Assembly (NCBI GenBank): GCA_965243135.1
Contig: OZ251539.1
Span: forward strand, 4,896,001 to 4,960,000
DNA from: Alphaproteobacteria bacterium
GTDB taxonomy: Bacteria > Pseudomonadota > Alphaproteobacteria > MPNO01 > UBA830
DNA: 64,000 nucleotides
Direction of reading: 5' to 3'
Position numbers and translations under genes: made by a program. Every line of letters starts with the position of its first letter. Position 1 is the stretch's first letter. Shown here piece by piece: positions 10,401 to 19,541 of the stretch. The notes under the pieces are model-generated. The model was given only the letters and a program-made list of their open reading frames with translations, had not been told where the DNA came from and made no database searches.

Positions 10401-11663
10401 TCACGGCTCCAAGCGCCCCCTTACGGCTTCGTAGTCGTCCAGACCCTGCACGGGTCCGAGCGCCGCCAGCGTAGGCGGCGAGGCGAGGAGTCGGCGCGCG
10501 ACCCGGCGTACGTCTTCGGCCGAAACGGCTTCGATGAGTTCCACCGTCTCCGCGACCGGCACGATCCGGCCGCGGATCTGCACCTGCCGCGCAAGACGTT
10601 CCGCGCGCGCGGTCGTGTTTTCCAGCGTCATAAGGATGCCCGCCTGCATCATGGTGCGGGCGCGGACAAGTTCCGGCTCGGACATCGGGTCGCTCGCGAC
10701 CTTCGCGAGCTCGCCGCACACGACGGCGGCGAGCTCGCTTATCTCGGCCTGCCCCGTTCCCGCATAGATCCCGAAGACGCCGCCGTCGGCGTAATGCGAC
10801 GCGAAAGGGTAGATCGAATAGACGAGGCCGCGCTTCTCGCGCGCTTCCTGGAACAGGCGCGACGACGCGCCGCCGCCGAGCGCCGTCGAGAGGACGGAAA
10901 GCGGGTAGTAATCAGGGTCGGAGAACCCGACTCCATCGAAACCCAGCGCCAGATGAGCCTGTTCGAGATCGCGAACCTCCCGCCGGTCGCCGCCGGCATA
11001 GGAGGCCGGCTCCGGATCGCTGTCGCCAGCTTCGGCGACGCTCCCGAACGCGTCCTCGGCGAGGCGTAAAATCCGGTCGTGGTCGAGATTCCCCGCCGCG
11101 GCCAGAATCATGCGATCGCTCCCGTAATGGGAGGCCATGTAGTCGATCAGCGTCCGGCTGGACATTCGACCGACGACGTCGGCGGTCCCCATGACGGGAC
11201 GCCCGAGCGGCTGGTCCGGATAGGCCGCCTCCTGAAACCAGTCGAAGACGACGTCTTCCGGCATATCCGCCGCCTGGCCGATCTCCTGGAGCACGACGCC
11301 GCGTTCCCGGTCGAGTTCGGCCTCGTCGAAGGCGGAGTTCAGCAGGATGTCGGCAATGATGTCGATCGCCAGCGGAACGTGCCGCTTGAGGACCGACGCA
11401 TGATAGACCGTCGCCTCGGCGGACGTGTGGGCGTTGAGGTAACCGCCGACGTCCTCGATTTCGCAAGCGATGTCGAAGGCCGACCTCCTTCGGGTTCCCT
11501 TGAAGGCCATATGCTCCAGGAGGTGGGAAACTCCGTTCGCTTCCGCCGGCTCGTTCCGCGTGCCGACATCGACCCAGATGCCGAGCGAAACGGATTCGAC
11601 CGATTCCATGCGGTCGGTGACGACTCGCAAGCCGTTCGGCAAATTCGCGGTCGTTATGCTCAC
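10401..11663 (-). CDS. M16 family zinc peptidase (pitrilysin/MPP-like)
   Basis: HLLEHMAFKGT (inverted HxxEH) and GGGASSRLFQEAREKRGL. Confidence 0.95.
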   Translation of the reverse strand: MSITTANLPNGLRVVTDRMESVESVSLGIWVDVGTRNEPAEANGVSHLLEHMAFKGTRRRSAFDIACEIEDVGGYLNAHTSAEATVYHASVLKRHVPLAIDIIADILLNSAFDEAELDRERGVVLQEIGQAADMPEDVVFDWFQEAAYPDQPLGRPVMGTADVVGRMSSRTLIDYMASHYGSDRMILAAAGNLDHDRILRLAEDAFGSVAEAGDSDPEPASYAGGDRREVRDLEQAHLALGFDGVGFSDPDYYPLSVLSTALGGGASSRLFQEAREKRGLVYSIYPFASHYADGGVFGIYAGTGQAEISELAAVVCGELAKVASDPMSEPELVRARTMMQAGILMTLENTTARAERLARQVQIRGRIVPVAETVELIEAVSAEDVRRVARRLLASPPTLAALGPVQGLDDYEAVRGRLEP

Positions 11664-13054
11664 CGGTTCCGCCGTCGCTGGACGAGATCCCGAACGGCGT
11701 CCGACCGGTTGGGGACGACCTCGAACCGTTCCTCGCGCTCGAACAGATCCGCCATGGCCTCAGGGAGCGGCGGACGGACGCCTGTCGCCGCCTCGACGGC
11801 GTCGGGAAATTTCGCCGGATGCGCGGTCGCGAGGCAAACCATGGGCCTCGCGGGATCGCCGCGCTCGCGCCGCGCCGCGTCCACTCCGATCGCGCTGTGC
11901 GGGTCGAGCAGTTCGCCCGCGCTCTCGAAAACTTCCCGCATGACGCGCGTCGTTCCTTCGTCGTCGAGCCGCGCGGCGGCGAACGCCGCCCGCGCCTTCG
12001 AAAGGCGGGCGTCGTCGAGCGCCATGCGCCCGCGGCCGCGGAACTCGTCCATCCAGCGCGCGACCGCCGGGCCGTCGCCGTCGAACAGATCGAACAAGAT
12101 GCGTTCGAAATTGCTGGAAACCTGGATGTCCATGCTGGGAGAGAGCGTAGGCCGGACCTCCGAGATCGCCATGTCGCCGGTTTCGAAGAACCGGTACAGA
12201 ATGTCGTTGCGATTGACGCCGACGATCAGCTTCTCGACCGGGATCCCCATCTTCCCGGCCGCCCATCCGGCGAGGGCGTTGCCGAAATTGCCGGTGGGAA
12301 CCGAGAACCGGACGGCCCGTCCGGGCGCGCCGAGCCGCGCGGCGGCGAACGCGTAATAGACGATCTGGGCCATTACCCGCGCCCAGTTGATGGAGTTCGC
12401 GGCGGAAAGGCCGTGCGCCCTGGAAAACTGCGCATCGGCGAACAGGGCCTTAACGATGTCCTGGCAATCGTCGAACGTGCCCTGGACGGCGATCGCATGA
12501 ACGTTGTCCGCGCAAGCGGTCGTCATCTGCCGCCGCTGCACCGGCGACACCCGGCCTTCCGGAAAGAGAACGAACACGTCGACGTTGTCGCGCCCCCGGC
12601 ACGCCTCGATCGCCGCCGACCCCGTGTCCCCCGACGTCGCGCCGACGATCGTTATCCGTCCGCCCCGGCGAGACAGCGCGTGATCGAACATGCGTCCGAC
12701 GAGCTGAAGCGCGTAGTCCTTGAACGCCCATGTGGGCCCGTGAAAAAGCTCCATCAGCCAATCGTTGGACGCGATTTGCCGGAGCGGCGCGACCGCCGGA
12801 TGGCGAAAGTCAGCGTAAGCTTCCCCGATCATGCGTTCCAGATCGGAGTCCGGGATTGCGCCGTCCACGAACGGCCGCAATATCCGAAACGCGACGTCGG
12901 CATAGGACAACGCCGCCATCTCCGCGATCTCGCCTTCCTGCAGCCGCGGCCATTGCGAGGGCATATAGAGTCCGCCATCGGCGGCGAGTCCCGTCAGCAA
13001 TACGTCGTCGAACGCGAGAACGGGCGCGTTGCCGCGCGTGGAAACGTATTTCAC
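11660..13054 (-). CDS. thrC: Threonine synthase
   Basis: MKYVSTRG, ELFHGPTWAFKD, ATSGDTG, NSINWAR and VPTGNFGN. Confidence 0.97.
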   Translation of the reverse strand: MKYVSTRGNAPVLAFDDVLLTGLAADGGLYMPSQWPRLQEGEIAEMAALSYADVAFRILRPFVDGAIPDSDLERMIGEAYADFRHPAVAPLRQIASNDWLMELFHGPTWAFKDYALQLVGRMFDHALSRRGGRITIVGATSGDTGSAAIEACRGRDNVDVFVLFPEGRVSPVQRRQMTTACADNVHAIAVQGTFDDCQDIVKALFADAQFSRAHGLSAANSINWARVMAQIVYYAFAAARLGAPGRAVRFSVPTGNFGNALAGWAAGKMGIPVEKLIVGVNRNDILYRFFETGDMAISEVRPTLSPSMDIQVSSNFERILFDLFDGDGPAVARWMDEFRGRGRMALDDARLSKARAAFAAARLDDEGTTRVMREVFESAGELLDPHSAIGVDAARRERGDPARPMVCLATAHPAKFPDAVEAATGVRPPLPEAMADLFEREERFEVVPNRSDAVRDLVQRRRNR

Positions 13055-13439
13055 AAGCGGAATCTCCTGGATGCGCGGAATGTAGAGGGGGAGCGGCGCG
13101 TGTCAAACGGCCTCGTGCCGCTCGGTAATTATTGCGAGTCAGGGAAAAAGGGAACCGAATTCCCCGGCGGTTGGACGACAGCGACGCATAAGGCGTCGTT
13201 CCGGCAAGGCCCGCGGTTCGTCGCCGAACTTCGCGGAATCGGCGCGACGTCCGCCCCTGCTTGCGCTCGGCAAGGGTCTTGCGGCGGAAGCGCGCGAGCG
13301 GTTGTCGAGATTGCCGCGGAGATGCTTGACCGCTTCGGGCGCCGGTCGTTCCGGCGACCGGCGAAGCGTCCGGCGGCTCCGCGGTTGTTGATTCGCCGCA
13401 TGGAGCGCTCGTTTCCTCAGCCGACGCGTTACCCGCCGC

Positions 13440-14924
13440 TCAGAGATAACGCGCCTCCAGATGCGCCTTGAAGGCCGCCGTGCCAAGGTGCGCGCCGGTG
13501 GTTTCCTCAAGAAGCTCGCCGGTCGAGCGGGAGGAGGCCTTGGCATGCAAATGCACGCGCATCCATTCGAGCAGCGGCGCGAATTCTCCCTTCGCCAGCG
13601 CCTGCGGCAGCCCGGGATTGGCCGCCTTCGCGGCGGCGTAGAGTTGCGCGGCGGCGAGCGCGCCCAGCGTGTAGGTGGGGAAGTACCCCCATGCGCCGTC
13701 GTACCAGTGAATGTCCTGCAGGCAGCCCAGCCGGTCGTTCGGCGGGCGTATGCCGAGAAGCCGCTCCGACGCGTCGTTCCAGGCGCCGGGCAAATCGGAA
13801 ACCGCCAGATCCCCTTCGATCATCGCGCGCTCCAGGCGGTACCGCAGAACGACATGCGCGGGATAGGTGATCTCGTCCGCGTCGACCCGGATGAAACCCG
13901 GTTCGACGCGCGTATACAGGCGGTGGAAGTTGTCGGCGTCCCAGCCCTCGCCGGCGCTGTCGAACGCTTCGCGCATCTCGGGAACCGCGTACTCGAGGAA
14001 ATCCCGGCCGCGACAGACCTGCATCTCGACGAGCAGCGACTGGCTTTCGTGCAGAACCATGCCGCGCGCCCCGCCCACGGGCTGGTACCGCCAGTCCTCC
14101 GGCAGGTTGGTCTCGTAGAGCGCGTGACCGGTTTCGTGCAGGACGCCCATCAGGCTTTCCGTGAAATCCTCCTCGCTGTAGCGCGTGGTCACCCGCACGT
14201 CTCCGGGAACGCCGCCGCAAAACGGGTGCAAGCTGACGTCCAGCCGTCCGCGGTCGAAGTCGAACCCGAAAGCGCGCATCAGGCGTTCCGCCAACGCCCG
14301 TTGCCGATCGATCGGAAAAGGCCCTTCCGGCAGCTTTCCCCGCCCGTTTTCCGCCTGGACGGACAGCGCCCGGTCGAGAACGTCCGGCAAGAACGCTTCG
14401 AGGTCGGAAAACAACGCCTCGATGCGGTCCGCCCGGCCGCCCGGTTCGTACTGATCGAGAAGCGCGTCGTAGGGAGAGCAGCCGAGCAGTGCCGCCTTCG
14501 CCGCGGCGGTCTCGCGCGCGAGCGTCAGCACTTCGCCGAGCAAAGGCGCGACGCTCGCGAAGTCGCCGGCCGGCCGCGCGTCCCGCCAGGCCAGTTCGCA
14601 GGATGCGCAGGCGCGGGTCGTCATCTCGACAAGCCGGGCGTCGACCGCATTCGCGTGAATCCAGCTGCGGCGCATCTCGCGAAGATTGGCCTTTCGCCAA
14701 GGATCGTCGATCTCCGCCCGTTCGGCGTCGTCGAGCAGTTCTGCCAGGCGCGGGTCCGTCTTCATCTCGTGAACGACAAGGCGCAGGGCGGAGAGTTGCT
14801 CGGTGCGCGCCTGCCCGCCGCCCGGCGGCATCAGCACCGACCTGTCCCAATGCAGCACGGCCGCGGCCTGGCCAAGCGCTCCCATTTGCCGGAAGCGCTT
14901 CTCGAGTTCCGAATACGCGGACAA
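13440..14924 (-). CDS. Carboxypeptidase M32 (Taq family)
   Basis: HPF, HETGHALYE, HESQS, IRVDADE, GCLQDIHW and GYFPTYTLG. Confidence 0.96.
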   Translation of the reverse strand: MSAYSELEKRFRQMGALGQAAAVLHWDRSVLMPPGGGQARTEQLSALRLVVHEMKTDPRLAELLDDAERAEIDDPWRKANLREMRRSWIHANAVDARLVEMTTRACASCELAWRDARPAGDFASVAPLLGEVLTLARETAAAKAALLGCSPYDALLDQYEPGGRADRIEALFSDLEAFLPDVLDRALSVQAENGRGKLPEGPFPIDRQRALAERLMRAFGFDFDRGRLDVSLHPFCGGVPGDVRVTTRYSEEDFTESLMGVLHETGHALYETNLPEDWRYQPVGGARGMVLHESQSLLVEMQVCRGRDFLEYAVPEMREAFDSAGEGWDADNFHRLYTRVEPGFIRVDADEITYPAHVVLRYRLERAMIEGDLAVSDLPGAWNDASERLLGIRPPNDRLGCLQDIHWYDGAWGYFPTYTLGALAAAQLYAAAKAANPGLPQALAKGEFAPLLEWMRVHLHAKASSRSTGELLEETTGAHLGTAAFKAHLEARYL

Positions 14925-14934
14925 GGTCCCTCTC

Positions 14935-15606
14935 TTACCGCCGAAGGTGATAAACTACGTAGACGACCGCGAGGACGAGGGCCAGGCCGAACCAGGTCAG
15001 CGCGTATCCCAGATGCCTGTTGGGGATCTCGCCGAGCGCGGGGGCCGCTACGGGGTAGCCTTCGCGGCCGTCCCGCATCAGAACGGCGTAAAGCGGACGT
15101 GCGTCGGCAAGACCGGCATGCGCGGCCATGCGGGCGACATCGACGAAGAACCACTGGCCGGAGCCGGGATCGTTGTCCGGCACCCAGCGATTCGGCCGCC
15201 CGCCGCGGCGCAGCACGCCGACCGTTTCCACGAGTCCCTTCGGACGCGAAACCGGCGTCCGATCAAGCGGCGCCCAACCCCGGTCGACGAGAATGCCGCC
15301 GCCCGCCTCCAGCCGCATCGGCGTCAGCAGCCCGTGTCCCGCCATGCCCCGAAGGGTGCGGTTGAGAACCGGCAATTCCCGATCATGAAGATACCGGCCG
15401 CGCAGGATCACGCGTCTGCCCTCGTCGCCGCTTGCGGCGGTCTCGGCCCGCACAGGGGGCTCGGCAAGGCGCGCTGCGCGTTCGGCGATCAGTTTTTCCT
15501 TCCAGTCCAGGCGCTCGACCTGCCAGACTCCGAGACCCGCCAGCACCGCCATCGCCGGTATGGCGCAGGCGGTCAGCCGGAGGTCGATGCGACGCCCGGC
15601 CGTCAT
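14935..15606 (-). CDS. SURF1 family cytochrome oxidase biogenesis protein
   Basis: LGVWQVERLDWKE, LVDRGW and PNRHLGYALTWF; start MTAGRR at 15606. Confidence 0.92.
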   Translation of the reverse strand: MTAGRRIDLRLTACAIPAMAVLAGLGVWQVERLDWKEKLIAERAARLAEPPVRAETAASGDEGRRVILRGRYLHDRELPVLNRTLRGMAGHGLLTPMRLEAGGGILVDRGWAPLDRTPVSRPKGLVETVGVLRRGGRPNRWVPDNDPGSGQWFFVDVARMAAHAGLADARPLYAVLMRDGREGYPVAAPALGEIPNRHLGYALTWFGLALVLAVVYVVYHLRR

Positions 15607-15890
15607 GCCCTGACGTTCCTGCAATGCGGCGCCGCCGGAACGCCCATGAAGGAGCGGAGCGGGACGATGGAGAGAAACACGGGGACTGCCGGCCGGACCG
15701 GAGGCGCAGAGGCGGTTTTGAAGCCCAAGGCAAGACCGGCGGCGCCGGCCAGGAAGACGGCGAAAACGGCGGAACCTTCGCTGGCATCCGGCGGACTGCA
15801 CGCTTCGCAGTCTTCCCGAATTTCAAGGAGTTCTTTCAGAAGCTTTCTGCGCCCTGCCCGACCGGGTTTCGCTCCAAAACAGGTTATCGT
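15603..15890 (-). pseudogene. Eroded DUF983 family gene
   Basis: Residual ...LLEIREDCEACS...DASEGSAVFAVFLAG...LSIVPLRSFMG; the first CxxC is lost. Position directly upstream of SURF1 matches the usual DUF983-SURF1 order. Confidence 0.6.
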
Positions 15891-16021
15891 CTTCGAGGCC
15901 GGAGGACAGGTGGCGAATTCGCGAGAGCCGTCGCCGGGATGCTCGGTCCGGCGCGGTGCCGGAGTACGGCGCCAAGCGCCTGTCGCGGAGCTGGCCGGAA
16001 CTTCGTCGGCGACCTCGCGCG

Positions 16022-18163
16022 TTACCGGCAAGGGAAGGCCTCGGGCAGGTACTCCAGCAGCGCCGTCGTCCCGATCATCTCGATGAAACGCACGGACATG
16101 TCGGTTCCTCCGACGTCCGTCAGTCGCAACGGCTGTTTCAGCTTGAAATGGACAGGCTGCTGTTTGCCCTCGTCGATCGCCACGTTATTGGCGTATAGAT
16201 GCATGCGGTCGAGATTGTCGAGGACAGGATCCAGTCTCCCCTGCAGGCGGGGCAACCGGCCGCCTTCTTCAGTGAACACGGCCGAGCCTCCCGAAGGCAG
16301 CTCGCGGAGTTCGATCGCAAGCGCTTCCGGCGGCAACCAGCGGCGCTCGACATGCGCGGCATACCCGGGCGTCGCGCAAAAAACGGTTATCGGAAGCTGC
16401 GAGTGAAACTCGAAATGGACGCGGCCGAACGTATCGGTGTCCCGCTGTATCCGGGTCTTGTTCGGATAAAGCGCAACGACCGTCACCCCAGGTAGCGGCC
16501 GGCGGCCGCAGAACACGGTCAACTCGCCCGCGATACCTTCCGTCGGCGGGCGAGCGGAGGGAAGCGTCAAGCGAAGTTCCGCGCCTCCCAACAGTTCGTA
16601 GAACGGGTCGTTTCCCGCAAGGGCCCAAGTTCGTTCATAAATGATCGGCACTCCTTCCCCGCGCTGCTCAAGGAAGTACTGCCGGTTTCCCGCTCCATCG
16701 ACGTCTCCGGCCGGGAGTCGACGAAACACCGAAGCCAGAACCTCGTTCCTCGTAGCCTGACGGTCGCGCATATCTTCGATTCGCAACGCGTTGGGCAGAG
16801 CGCCGGGCGAGTACAACTCCATCCGGTCATCGAAGATGAAGAGCCGCGTTCTCGCATTTTCCATCGAATAGTCACGATGAACCACGGCGTTGACGATCGC
16901 TTCGAACACAGCTCCTGGATCGAATTGCGGCGTTTCCATACGCCCGGGCGCTTTCCGCGCCGCGACATGCGTGTTGAACCTGACGAATCTGACGGCGTCC
17001 CGGATCTGCTGATCCAGCGGACCGACGATGGTTGCGGCATCAAGCTGACCCGCCGCACCGAGGACCGTGCCGTCATAGCGCACTGCCTCGATTACGGCCC
17101 CGCCTATGTATCTGTCCGGACGTTCGGCGCAGAGCAGCACTCCAGCGACAGTCGCGCCCGTTGCGCCATTGTCTGCTTCGCGCAACAAACCCAGCTTCAG
17201 GAGCTGCGCGTCAACGGCCTCCGTCACGCGCGAACTCGTCAACCTGTCGACAAGCGCCGCCTCGAGGGTGTTACGGCCCGTGCCGACGACGACCGCTTCG
17301 TCCGGTCCCAGCCGCCCGGAACGCCCGCGCTTCTGAAACAGACGGTCCAGCGCGACGGACGACAGTTGTCGCTTCTCGCTGCCATGCCTGTGCATGTAGC
17401 CGCCGGGACTCCTGTGAACGCTCGTGCTCTGCTGGACTTCCACGACAAGTACCGACCGGTTGTCCGGCAGGGCCACCCGCTGGTTTATTATCGACAGTTC
17501 CGGCTTGATGCTGTCCCGACAAATTTCCCTTATCCCATCTTCACCATTTTTCACAGGATCTATCCTATAATACATTGAATATAAAAACAGAAAAAATTTT
17601 GGTGACGCTGTATGTCACTACATTTTGTTGCGTTGCCCGTGCCGGTCGGTTCCGACGCCGACAGTACGCACATGCAATCCGCCAGCCCGTTTCGGATTTA
17701 CCCCGACTTTCGTGATACCGTGAGCCGCTAAACATGTTCCGCATATGCGAATGTCACATGTCGGAATTTTAGCGGACTGCGCAGCTTATTTCAAGGTGAA
17801 TTTTGGCAAAATCTGAAATTATGGCACTACAACGAAGAATCCAGAATTGGTTTTCAGCTATATCAACAGGTTATACATGTAGGATTGGCCGAAAACGCCC
17901 GATTCAGCCAGAAAGTGGCGAAGATGGGTTATGAACTTTTCCAGTTCATCCATCTGCTCCCTGCTCATCGGGCGAACCTCGCCGGCTACGCTGAAAATCA
18001 ACGTACCCCCGACAGTGTTTCCCAAAGCGGCCAATTCGTCGGCAACGTCCCGACGCTCTGGAGCGTTGACGCGGTTGGTTCCGAAAAAAACTTCTTTGAA
18101 CTCCACCCGGCTGTCTTCGCCGAGTTCGAACTGCTTCAGCACGCGCGCTTCCGTCCAAGGCAT
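16022..18163 (-). pseudogene. Schlafen/AlbA_2 + HATPase_c_4 (RecG C-terminal-like) protein with extra C-terminal domain, interrupted by a MITE-like insert
   Basis: The N-part MPWTE...GEDSRVEFKE...LAALGNTVGGTL...LEKFI (18163-17930) joins in frame to REICRDSIKP...EAIVNAVVHRDYS...DRMELYSPG (17530-16022) when 399 bp are removed. Confidence 0.85.
17534..17929. mobile_element. Non-autonomous MITE-like insertion (~0.4 kb, AT-rich)
   Basis: Left end CCCATCTTCACCATTTTTC (17534); right end GAAAGTGGCGAAGATGGG (17928, reverse complement CCCATCTTCGCCACTTTC). Flanked by a duplicated TA/TAT/TTA (register ambiguous). No transposase ORF. Confidence 0.8.
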
Positions 18164-18466
18164 CGCAACCAACCCAGCGTTGTGTACGGTCAAAACGGCA
18201 TCGACCAACGGCCCGGTTACGCTGCCGCGCTCGTTCGGTTCCCGGGCTGGCGCGGAGCCGAGGTCCGCGTGCTCGGCAAGCGGACAAGACAATACCGCCT
18301 GTCGCGCTCATTGCGAAACCGCTCTGCCGGTCCGTCCCCGGCGCGCCGGCCGCGGACGAGCCGCAAACGCGGCCGGCTCGGGAAAGCGGAGTCGCTTACG
18401 GCGCCGAAACTCGCGGCTTCGCGCGTCCCAAACGCCGACCCTTCATCGGCTCGGCCGAAGGGCCGC

Positions 18467-19528
18467 CTACGATTCAGTGTTGTCGGGATCGTCGAGATAG
18501 TCTTCCATCTTCGAGGTCAGCTTCTCGGAATCGCCAGCTGTCAGCATGTAACTCCAACCCTTTACTCTCGCGTTGATTTCGTCGACGGCCTTCTTCGCTG
18601 TCTTTCTGGCTTCTGGATCGGTCACGCTGTCGTCCACCGCCGCCGAGAAACGGCCCCAGTGGTCATCCCCGAACTTCGCGACATCGATCCGCACGGTAAA
18701 CCCGTTCCAGACGGTATAATGCGCGGTCCAGATCTCGGAGGGCCATTCTTGGTTTTCGGCCGCTTTCACGTCGTCCAGCATCATGCGCCACATCACGCCG
18801 CCGAGGGGATTCGCCTCGTCGTCGTTCTTCATCTTGCGGCCTTCGGGAATGTCCAGCAGCCTGAAGTTCTTGTCTTCCTCCTTGTCCTTGGCGACGATGA
18901 ACCGGTCGCCGTCGGGTTGCAGGATCGAAACGCGGCGGACATGCTCCTGGCCGTAGTCGACGATCTGCCGTTCCATCCAGTCGATCGGCTCCGCGCCGAT
19001 CCGGATCTCGCCGCGGACCAGCCACGTTTCCTTCTCGTCCGCGCGCCGGATATAGGTGCCGGCGCCGCCGGCGCCGAACAAGTCGGCGTTGAGCTTGCCG
19101 ACCACGACGTCCGCGAGGACGTCGCCGGTTCCGGTTGCGAAGACAAGCTTTCTCGATTTAGCCTCGGGTCCGGTCGGCGGCTCGAGCTCCAGACGGACAT
19201 AACGCTCCGGATCGGCGGTTTTGCGTTCGATCAGCTTGAAGTTGGCCACCCCGACGATCGCGGACTTGACCTTTTCGAACGCCGCGGGATAGCCGTCCTT
19301 CTGGTCGACTCCCCAACCGTCGCCGTCCCGCGTCAGCGTGAACTGGCCCTTGGCGGTCCGCACCTCGATCCTGGCCGCGTCGTTGACCTTCCCGGCCAGA
19401 TCGGGAAACGCGGCCTCCGTTCCCGCCGTGAGCGACGTCGTTTGCAGCTTGCCGGAAACGGCGACGGCTGCGGCCGCGACGGCGGCGGCCGTGAGGCCGG
19501 CGAAAACGTAAAAAGTTGCGGGTTTCAT
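18467..19528 (-). CDS. DUF4340 domain protein
   Basis: N-terminal TM helix, AFPDLAGK...DGYPA...KTADPERY...GTYIRRA; last gene of the Gld-like ABC module. Confidence 0.85.
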   Translation of the reverse strand: MKPATFYVFAGLTAAAVAAAAVAVSGKLQTTSLTAGTEAAFPDLAGKVNDAARIEVRTAKGQFTLTRDGDGWGVDQKDGYPAAFEKVKSAIVGVANFKLIERKTADPERYVRLELEPPTGPEAKSRKLVFATGTGDVLADVVVGKLNADLFGAGGAGTYIRRADEKETWLVRGEIRIGAEPIDWMERQIVDYGQEHVRRVSILQPDGDRFIVAKDKEEDKNFRLLDIPEGRKMKNDDEANPLGGVMWRMMLDDVKAAENQEWPSEIWTAHYTVWNGFTVRIDVAKFGDDHWGRFSAAVDDSVTDPEARKTAKKAVDEINARVKGWSYMLTAGDSEKLTSKMEDYLDDPDNTES

Positions 19529-19541
19529 CTGCCCCTCCGTT

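Noticed and set aside
13150-13340. Possible corrinoid-binding protein remnant (…SARAVVEIAAEML…)
   Set aside because: Similarity too weak to support by eye; needs blastx.
17575-17930. AT-rich stretch as a possible CRISPR leader, origin or intron
   Set aside because: No repeat-spacer array, DnaA boxes or recognisable intron domains; terminal inverted repeats and target duplication fit a MITE better.
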